Positions 54,238-64,000 of a stretch of DNA of 64,000 nucleotides are shown here, one piece after another. Positions within the stretch are counted from its first letter, which is position 1. Each line of letters opens with the position of its first letter. The stretch comes from Chlorokybus atmophyticus (taxonomy: Eukaryota > Plantae > Mesostigma and Chlorokybus algae). The DNA is taken from positions 323,944 to 387,943 of the forward strand of contig RHPI01000671.1 of NCBI GenBank assembly GCA_009103225.1. Reading direction: 5' to 3'. Made by a program: the position numbers and the translations under genes. The notes below the pieces were generated by a model. It did no database searches, was not told the origin of the DNA, and worked only from the letters and a program-made list of their open reading frames with translations.

Positions 54238-57200
54238 CTAGATGTCGTCCATGTCCATGTTGGTCAAGTCTTCGACGTCGCTGTCTGAGTTGTCTGTGTC
54301 TTCCCAAGCCCAGGCTTCTGGCATTTGAACACCCGGGTCTGCGTGCATGCTGTTTGATGGTGGTTGAGTACCACCAACTGGCGTTGTTGCATCCTCAGAG
54401 TGGGCTCCATGGTTTTCGCAGCCAAGGCAAGAACAGCTTTGTGTGCATTCCTCGCCAGCTTTCTTGCACTTGCACCTTCGGGTGTTGCACCTGTTTGCCT
54501 TGCAGCCGCATCCACGCATGAGTAGATGGCGCCTAGACTTTGCAGCCGCCATGTTTTCCTGAAGGTCATGCACTGCATACCACACGCCGTCCACTTGATG
54601 GTAACCATACTCATCCAGTTCTGGCAGATGCATGTCCGAAGTGCAGCTTTGCATCCACATGTTGACCGCGTAAACAGCGCATAGTGCATGCAGCCATAAT
54701 GCATCGACTGTTGGGATGCTGTCGCGTGGTGTTGCAGTTGTATTCCACACTGTCTTGTGTATTGCCTCTAGCCAGTCCGACAAGTACACCTTGTCGCAGG
54801 TGGTAGCACCTGCACCGTGCAGCTCAAAGTACAAGGAAGCCGGTGTTCCGCTGTCGAATGATGAACGGTGCTTCTCAAAGTAAGCACATCCGATGAGGCG
54901 CAGAACAAAGAAGCACATCTCGTGCTCTTCAGTAGTTACACCGCCAGTGATGAATGATGCATGCTGTGCCAACACCGTCCTCGATATGAACTGCTTCGTT
55001 ATGCCACCAATGAAGGATGTATACTCACACCCTGTTGCGGCGTACACCAACAGCAGCAGCCAGCCACGCCGCGTTTCTGAGATGCTGTTAAGCTGATGCA
55101 TGCTGCGTACATGCAGCTGCAGCTTCGTCAAGCTGACAAACGGTGGGCGCGATCCCGCACGGGAATGCTGAGCAACCTGTACCGTAACTTCCTTGAAGGA
55201 CATGTCCAGAGTCTCGCTCATTGCGAGACCAATCATGGTGACATCGGTGTCCGGCGAGAAGATCATCACCCTGTTGTAAGGTGAGTTTTGTGCATGAACC
55301 CACACGCGTGAATCTGCCTCGCCATGATTGCACATGTAGTCCTCAACATCCATGACAGAGACGTCGTTGCTGCTGCTGCGCGCCACCACACGTGCATGGT
55401 CCCCAACACCGTCCATGTCAGACCCACCAGCCAGCACCAGCTCCTGTTCTGGTCTCAAGTGCAGCGCCACCATGGCTGGCAAGTGCTCAGTAATAAGCTG
55501 ACATAATGATCTTTTCAGGCTGCGATCTTTTAACACATCACGCCATGACTTAGGCAACTCAGTCTCCAAAGTGAGTCGACTGCCAGAAGAAGCCTCAATT
55601 CCGTCACGAGCGCGCTGCAGAGAAGATTTCACCCCTGACTGCAGTCGAGGTGTGTCGAACACAACATGAACGCTCTGGACACTGGGGTTGGCGAGTCTGT
55701 TGACTACACTGGTACGCATTAGGTGTTCAATGTAGTCCTTGATGGTGCCTTGCGCCAAGTGGCACTCTTGGTTAATCAGGAACATGCCCTCCAGCACGAC
55801 ACATTGCACGCCTGCAGGAGCTGTATGCGACCAGCAGTCTGTGTCATGGGGAGCTATCTCTGCTAAGAACTTGGCCTTGTCTCCAGATCTCATCTTGCCA
55901 GTAAGCTCATCAAATACAGCCCACCGGTGCTCGCAATAACGCGCCATGACCGTCTCATGGTCAGCTCCTGTCGACGCCAGCCGTTTGGCAACCAACATCT
56001 GCTCGCGGTACTGTTTGAGGACTGTTGCTTGCTTGGTTGTGCGCTTCTTAGCAGGAGCCATGGTGTGGAGGTTGAACCTGCGATTGACTTTGCATGCCTG
56101 CTCCTCGTTGTAGATGTCCACCTTAACAAAGTTTGTCATCGCCTCCACACCTACTAAGTACTGCCTTGCTAAATTTGCTGATGCGGCAGCTGAAGCGGGG
56201 ACACCACTGGTCAGGTGCGTCAGGTATGGTTGAGGTGGCCTCTGCAATGCCCGCGTGTTAATGAGAACTTCCTGCATATGCCTGATGTCACTCCCACAGT
56301 GTGACGCATCTGCGCAGATGACACGGAGCACCCTACTGGCATCATCGTCAGCGTCAGCATCCATGTCAGTAATCCCAGGTGCGTTGTCTAGAAGCAGCTG
56401 CCGTCCTAGTTGCTTCTGTGTGTGACTGCGTTCCCCAAGGTACTGCGACTTCTGTCGCAGCTGCTGCGTTGTGGGATTGCACAGAGACATCTTCATGTCT
56501 CTGTTTACCTGACACTCGTGCGCCTCATCCAGCGCAACCATCCTGCCTGGTGTACCAGTCAAGCTGATGGCAAAACCCCCATCCGCCAACATGTCCAGCA
56601 GAGATGGAGGCATGACTTGCAGTTCCGCAAGGTGCAGCGTCATCACACGTTGGTAATTGAAGCGATCCCATGCAAATGACAGTGGGCTAAGGCCCTTCCA
56701 GCTTGCCAGCCTCAGGTGCCAGATAAACGCGAACAGAACAAGAAGAGTGCCAGGTAATTAAACATGTCTCTGTTGATGAAGTTCCACCACAAGTCCCATG
56801 TAGCATCCTCCTTTGCCTTCTGCTCACAGAATATTTCAAAGAACTTGCGTGCTGTTGTTGCCATGACTCCATGCAGTCTCAAGTCCTCATCACACTGTTC
56901 CTTTATGTTGGGAGCTTCATGCCTCCACCAAATGTCATGCATGTGCCTGTACAAAGCCTCCCACACTTTGCACAGGAAGTTGTAGATGCGCTTCCAATGA
57001 GAGCCGTCCAGTAGATGGTTGCGAAATGTTGAGGCTGAGAAGCCACCCTCCACTGCCATCGCATCCATGCCAGCGTCCAAGTAAATCTTCATCGACACAG
57101 GCTGTGTGTTCATCAACACATGAAAGTCGCCAGGAATAGGCACAACCCAGTCCCAATACCCGGGCTCTGCTCTCTTGAGGGCTACCATGAGGGCAAATGT

Positions 57201-60200
57201 CTTTTGATCTCCCGTTACACATATCTTGCTGTCGGTGTCACTCAACATCACCTTGTTCTTCAATTGCAGCAACGCAATCTTCAAGTTATCAATCTTGTTG
57301 GGACAGAATGGCAGTACTGGCAGGTACTCAATGTCATTCACCACGGGCGGAGGCTCATCATTGGCTATTTGCAGATATCTCGCCCAATCATCCTTGAGAG
57401 GAGGTAAGGATGCCTGCTGCTCTTGTCGCATCCTGAACAGCACAGTGTTGTGCATGGTAACACGGAATGACTCCATAGCGCTCTTCTCTGACGGCTGCAG
57501 ATTGAGCATTGGCCCGCTGCGCACTGACACAGGTACCCTCTGGCGTGGTGGTGATGGTGGCATGGACTCAGCCACTGGCTCAGGAATGAGTGCCTCCGAC
57601 AGCGTGCGGTTACGTGTTGGCTGCAACAGCACATGCAGGTTAACGTAGCAGTAGTTCAAGACAGTTTAGGAGTTAGAACATGCGGTGCACACAGCTGTAT
57701 ACATCCACCACAACTGCGCATCAGAAGAGCTCACCTCCAACTCCAGCCGAGCGGACACTTCGCGCCCAGCTATTGAGGTGAGCTGCGTAGATGTTGCATG
57801 TATATCCCCAGTAGTCCTGCCTTTGTACTTTGCTTGATGACCAGCTCGGACGTCCAGGTTGTCGATGGATGCCAGCACATGCCTCCCCGGACCTGGCTGC
57901 AAACGTGCCATCGAGTCCAGGTTATGCGTTGCACGGCGGTGTATATGACGGTCCATGTGACTCCTGCTGGAAGTCACTCCAATGCGATTCAACGTCTTGA
58001 TCAACTTGTTGCCCTTACTCAGCATATCAACCGTGTTCGTGATGACCATGTGCACCGGCGACAATGCCCACTTACTACGTGCGTAAATTGCAGAATGCAT
58101 CAAGTACAGGGTCTTGTTACGCAGGATTGCCAAAGAACGTGCATGCCTTGGCCCTGGAGTCTTCACCCGCTCCAGCGCATTGAATCCAGTCAAGGCGCCA
58201 AACACTTTTCTCAACGCCACACCGGAAGCTTCCCACTCCTGCTGCCAGTCCACGAACCGCAGATCATGATTCACTTTGTTGCGCTCTACCATGCGACGCC
58301 GCTCCGCTTCCATGAGATGACTCAGAGTACGCAACAATTTCACGGGAACTTCTTGTGCATCATCATCCACCACACCGGGACCCTTGGACTGCGTTTATGC
58401 AGGCACATCCGTCACCTTCATTGCATGCCGCAATAGACACGCCCATGGGTCTGCCCAAGCTGCTATCAACAGCGTTCCGTGCTGCCTGGCCCGGTGACAG
58501 GTACCACGGCACCTGGCATTCTCGACTGAACCGCACGCACCAGCACCATTGCTTGCCTAATGTTGAACTGTGCCGCCACAGCGGTCAATAGTACCACAGC
58601 ATCCCGTTGCAGCAGCTGCACCGCCACCTCTTTCACAGCACGTGAGAGATCATCTGTCGCTTCCTCTTCCGCAGCTGCGCGCACAACATCCTCATACAAG
58701 TGGCGAACCTCTTCAGCCACTCTAGCTTCATAAGCTGATTGATTTGTGTGCCTGCTGCTTCGCAAAGTATCGCGCAGGCCTGCCACCACATCCTCCAACT
58801 CCACCAGCTTACAACGGTACCCATCCCGCTCATGTTCCGCCGCCTTGGCAGACTGCCTCTCCAAGTTAGACTGGTCGATCTCTTCCTGCACCCTCGCCTC
58901 CAAGACCTGAGGTAGATATCAATCAGGACTGCTGAGCACTGTTGGTTGCATATGCGTTTTCATCTACACAAGTACACCGCACTGCTGAACGTACCTGTGC
59001 TTGTTGCTGCAGGTTATCAACCTCCTCCTGCAACTCCTCCAAAGCCTTATCAGTCTCACGTCTCTGTGCTTCAAAATCAGACTCCTTGCGCCTGAGCAGG
59101 TCCTTGCCTTCCTACATCAGCCATCAGATTACACCCAGCCCTGGGCATCAGCCAGGTAGCTATGACGGAACTTACATGGCACTATGAACAACGCATCAGC
59201 TGCCATGCTCTACATCACACTCACCTCCCATTGCGCGTGCCAGTGCGTCGCCTCTCGCTGCGCACGCAGCAAGGCTTCGTTGTCAGCAGGCACCGCAGGA
59301 GCTGCGTGACATTGTTGCGCAGCAACCATGTCAGCCAACTGCTTCGCCACGTGCTCTCTATCCGCACAAACAGTGTCCAGCTCGGAGGACAAGCGCTGCA
59401 CCTCCCTCCGCAAGCACTATGCAGAGTATAACACTATCATTAGGATAAGGTGCAGCCCATCTGAACCAGCTAGGCATGACTGTGTGTCAATCCTGTACAA
59501 CATGCCATATGCCTTCTATGTCACACACGGCACACATGCATGACACAGTCCCTGCATACTATCCTATACACTCATCATTTACTTGTAATTGTTACAGCCC
59601 ACACTACAACAACCATAGCAAGTTACACATGTCAGACTTCAGTGCCAGCAGGGTGTACCTCAAGTTGGCTGAACACTCGGGTCTGCCTACACGTCTGCTC
59701 AAATTGCACAGCCTCAGAGTCCACACCCTCGTTGCTCTTAGGTTCTGCACACGCCACACCATAACAATAAAGCACTGCCAGCTGAAAGCCTCACATTATC
59801 CAGTTACATCCAATACAATGTCACTACCAGCTACATTATGGATTGCCCAAGAGATAAGCCGAGCAAACTATGTAATCACAGGCACGCACGTCTGCTGACT
59901 AATGACTTCGCCCACCTGGCTGATTACCAGCCGGGGTTTTAGGAGTTTTATGCACATTCTTGTTGGAAGAATGCATCCGCTGCAATGTAGACCCCAGCAA
60001 CACACGATTCCCGTTCTGATCGACTCGAGCAAGCGGGTTGTGCTGCGGGTGAAGAGCCTGGGCTGAAGACACTTGCTGTTGAACCGCCGCATTGTACTGC
60101 TTCTGGCGCTTTGACATCTGCGATGAGAAAGGCGCCACGTTTTCTTCGTCATCATCCTCCGATTCAGAGGGATCGAGGTCGACGTCACCTCCTTGCCAGG

Positions 60201-60734
60201 CACCAATATCTGCTAAGGTTGCACAGCACATTACTCATCGACATACACACCATACATCACACCGCCTGTCAATGGTACCTGCGTTAGCTGGCCAACTGGA
60301 GTGGCCGCCGGCTCGCGCTGTACATGTGCACATTCCTGATGACACAAGATACAGAGTCAGCAAACAGCGCACGCACCAGAACACACACACACACATTGGT
60401 ACACAATGCAAGGTACTGCATGAAAGCAACCAGCACGTGTCATCAAACAACTCACCGTGCACTTGGGTTGGATGACCAGGTCGTCTCCGTCCCAACACCA
60501 TGTACGACCCAAAACCAAAGCAGCAAAGAACACACTGGTGGTGTTCATACGAGACTTCTGCAGATTCAAGTCCCACTTCAGCTTGTTGACATACACCTTG
60601 TCTTCTTTGCGACGACGCTTGGCATAATCCCGCTGGTTGTCACAGCGCTCCCTTCTTTGTTTGTCGAATGCCTCCAACCGCTGCCGCTGCTGCTCGACTA
60701 GACTGACAATCGCCTCCTCACCATCCTCAGCCAT
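54238..60734 (-). pseudogene. AcademX transposase (coiled-coil N-terminus, DDE core, XPG/FEN1-like domain, C-terminal Cys cluster) with a frameshift at ~56715-56745
   Basis: SIDNLD, VTGDQKT, PIPGDFH, FAWDRFNY, ALDEAHE (DDE core); VLEGM, VVFD, HGEAD, SPDTDV, ATGCEYTS, PTVDALWLH (XPG-like); GCGCKANRCNTRRCKCKKAGEECTQSCSCLGCEN. Introns at e.g. 57626-57795. The most 5' exons are uncertain. Confidence 0.82.
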
Positions 60735-61137
60735 CACCGCCGCCGCCGCCGCACCGCAACACTGAATGCAACCCCGCCCTGTGCACAAATTTTGAATGCA
60801 CACACCGTTGACCTACGCCGATATAACGGATACAAACAGGGCTGTACAACCATAAATCCACGTCGTGCTAGATATACAACGCGAGGCGTAACGGAGACGA
60901 AATAGCTAGAATTACGTCGTCATACACATCGACACAACACCCAAGGCTGATCGACAGCCGTTAGAACTCGTCAGTCGGCGCACCAACAGCGCCGCTCAAC
61001 ATCGCTGAACACACCGAACGCGACGCATCAGATCAGTGTTTGGTCAGAGTCGTTCACACTCTGTTCGCCTCATTTCACAGGTGTTCTACGTCGCGAGGCT
61101 CGATCGCGGCCGTCCGTCTACTGCAATCGTAGCATAG

Positions 61138-61170
61138 CGGCATAAGCAAAAACCCATTAGCGTCGCGACT
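61138..61170 (-). repeat. Right terminal inverted repeat of the Academ element
   Basis: Reverse complement matches 49987-50030. Confidence 0.8.
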
Positions 61171-62275
61171 CAAGTGATACCGCCAGTACAACGCTGACTG
61201 CTAGGACTTTTGTTTTGTTTCTTGTTTCCTTGTTGTTCCGATATTAGAACCCAGCCTGTTCCGCTGCTCAGCGGAGACAACAGCGCGCACGAGAGAAAAC
61301 ACCGACACCACACCTTGACGGCTGCCACGTCACACTCATCGGCGCTCTGTCCCAGAAACTGCTGACATCCGTGACACGTGACTTAACGGCCGTGTCAGCG
61401 CCCTCGTGGACGTCGTCGCCGGGGGTGTGGGCGATGGTCAGCAAGACGGGGAGAGGGTATTAGCTAGACACTGTGTTAGCCAGTGCTGGCGGCGGCGGCG
61501 GCGAGGAGGGCGCAGAGAGAGTCTTGCGAGCTGGTGATCTTTCTCCACCTAACTGGACTGCTGAGCAGCGCATGCACAAGCAGGGTTTGGCAACCGCCGC
61601 GTGCGCCTCTGAGCTGGTGAGTGTGTCCGCTTGCGATTTGTGTGTTCCAGGTTGCAAATGCTGTACTGCATTCTCGATGTTCGCTGCCATGTGCTCGGTG
61701 TTCAGAGCTGTGCATTTGTGTGTGCATGCAACCTGCGGGGTTCAGGTAACATGTATAGCGCAGTCAACCTGAGGCGAACTTGCACGCGTGGCGGCGCTGC
61801 GAGAGCACTATCTATCTGTGCACATGTTGATAGGAATCATGGCAGTCAACAACGGCCTGACGGTTCAACAAATGCCGCCCACCACGCCAAACAACCCAAC
61901 ACAACCCCACAGTTGTGTACACTGCACATGGAGCGCAACATGCACCATAGGGCATCGGCTCTCCTGTCATTGACATTGCAAGGCATGCAACATGTAGCGT
62001 GTGCACCTGTAAGCCAATTCAGGTGTCATCACATAAGCCAATACACGCGTTTGCACACACGTATGACTTCTGATCAGCACGCCTGTAACAGCCACGTGCA
62101 ACATCAAGTTGGTGTAATATTCAGTCCAGAGCAAAACAATGTGCAGTTGGCCTGTGCATTTCTGCAATACACAATCTGTTTGCTCGGTGCACAAGATCAT
62201 GCTGTTATTTCATCACCAGTGGTTACATCTCTTCAGTCCAACAACCTGTGACACAAGGGAAAGAAAACCGTCGCA

Positions 62276-62836
62276 ATGAAGATCCTGGCCTACCTCAGCT
62301 TCAACGGCGACTGCGAAGCAGCCTTCAAGTTCTACGAGCGCTGCCTGGGGGGTAAAGCCACCCTCATGACCCACAAAAGCGCACCCATCGACACTCAGGT
62401 ACTGGATGTGTATTAACATTACGCATTGTCTCAGCCACACCGCTGCCTTCCTTGTTCCAACAAGGAACAGTGCAGTGCATGCAGCTCTGAAGTAACACTA
62501 CAACTATCCCCTGCTTGCGCTCAGGTGCCCCCTGAGTGGGAGAACAAGATCATGCATGCGGCTCTGATGGTGGGCAATGAAGCTGTCCTGATGGGCGGCG
62601 ATCCTCCGCCCTCCCACTACACGAAGCCCCAAGGGTTTTGCGTCAACCTCAGCGTGGACAAGGCTGAGGAGGCGGAGAAGCTGTTTCAGGCGCTGAGCGA
62701 GGGCGGGACCGTCACAATGCCGCTTGCACCGACATTCTGGGCGCAGCGCTTTGGCATGTTCACCGACCGCTTCGGCATCCCATGGATGATCAACAGCGAG
62801 GCACCAGCAGCAGCATCCAGCGCTCCCGATGCGTGA
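62276..62836 (+). CDS. VOC/glyoxalase superfamily protein, PhnB/YjdN-like (copy 2), 2 exons
   Basis: Exons 62276-62398 and 62525-62836: MKILAYLSFNGDCEAAFKFYERCLGG..VPPEWENKIMHAALMVG..TFWAQRFGMFTDRFGIPWMIN. Intron position is identical to copy 1. Confidence 0.93.
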
Positions 62837-63942
62837 CATGCGTACGCGCTGATTGTCAGCATTGTACAGACAACCTGCTCCTCTGTACCATACTGGTAGT
62901 ATCGTCAAGCTTTTTGTCTGGTCAGCGACTGGTGTGCCCCTTCATTACGGAGTTGGGTCATATCACCAACAGAAGTTACTCTAGGGTTTTCGAGTTGTTC
63001 CACCGGTGGAGTTGTAAAGGTTCGGTTTCCATGTCCTGTTGTGTCGCGCACACTTGGCTGCTGGCTTGCACACAGATACCTTTGCACTACTGCATGTCCC
63101 AATCTACGTGTCTTGCAAGTAACTTGTGGTGCGCAGTAGGTTGTTGTTGAGTAGTGGTTTGAGGGAGAGCATTGCCTGCTCAATGCCCATCGTCGCGTTG
63201 CAAGTAATGCAGTATTTGTCAGCGGCGTGTCCTTATGGCTTGATTGCTCGCAAGGACACAACGTCAAGGTGCGTTGACAATGTGATTGGCACAAAGGTGT
63301 CGGTGTCAGGTTATGGGCTTGTCAGGTTCAAAATTTTAATGTAAGGTTGATCCATTGCGAAAATGTCATAGTGTATGCATGTAGCCTCACATTAATCACC
63401 AACCGCATGCGTAATAGAGGGTATGCTGAAATGGGTGTAAATGGTGCACTCTATCATTGATAGGCAGTGGTATGCAGTTACAATGCATGCTAGTTTAGCA
63501 CTGATCTCTATGCGGATGGGTAGACTAATCATAGTTTGTGGGATTGATGACACATATAAGACTGCCTCGAGCATATTCCGTACAAGGATTCACCAAGAGA
63601 TAAAAAGTTTTCAATGTATGAACTTTGACTTGAATTTACTAGCTCTTGGAGAATGAGTCAAGAGTTAGCTAAAGTTGTGAAATAGCTTGTAATCAAATGG
63701 TGAGGTGGCTAATCGATTCATGTATACTATTGTAGATAAATGTTGCTTGAGCCCATGTTAAAAATACCGATATATTCTGTCTCCGTGGTGCATTGATGAT
63801 AACAACGTAATACTTAGTGGTTGTGCATGGAGTTTTACTTTTACCATGCATCATAATCCATGACTCCGCACAACTTGCCAACCGCTACAGTCTTCCTCCG
63901 TCAAGAGACTGTAAGAAGAATAACCCCATTCATGTCGTAACC

Positions 63943-63946
<4 letters not shown>

Positions 63947-64000
<54 letters not shown>
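63947..64000. repeat. (CT)n microsatellite running off the window
   Basis: Directly visible. Confidence 0.97.

Larger units (their letters stand above)
49986..61170 (-). mobile_element. AcademX-type DNA transposon (~11.2 kb) carrying a Tudor-C5-methyltransferase cargo gene
   Basis: Terminal inverted repeats and CAA on both flanks. Flanking DNA rejoins to match the paralogous empty site at ~36280-36350. Encodes DDE + XPG/PIN-like + Cys-cluster protein. Confidence 0.85.

Overview
Eukaryotic, intron-rich, repeat-rich window. It is most likely a green-lineage alga (inference from plant-type ATG13, AIP1 and ORMDL motifs and a plant MSH6-like Tudor); the standard genetic code applies. Host genes: the 3' end of ATG13, AIP1/WDR1, an atypical MAP-kinase-like gene without TxY, ORMDL, two bacterial-type VOC/PhnB paralogs, three decayed PNGase A-like copies and a small Gly/Pro/His-rich gene. 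Mobile DNA: an apparently intact 10-exon Crypton (tyrosine recombinase + GCR1_C), a decayed Helitron Rep and an ~11.2-kb AcademX-type DNA transposon (~49986-61170). The Academ element has terminal inverted repeats, a candidate CAA target duplication and junctions supported by a paralogous empty site inside this window. The key observation is that it carries a second, spliced gene predicted to fuse a C2HC zinc finger, an MSH6/PDS5-type Tudor domain and a phage/bacterial-type C5 cytosine methyltransferase with intact catalytic motifs, while its own transposase is frameshifted. All family assignments come from remembered motifs and hand translation, not database searches. Two N-gaps (43540-43735, 45915-46501) limit interpretation of 43.5-47 kb.
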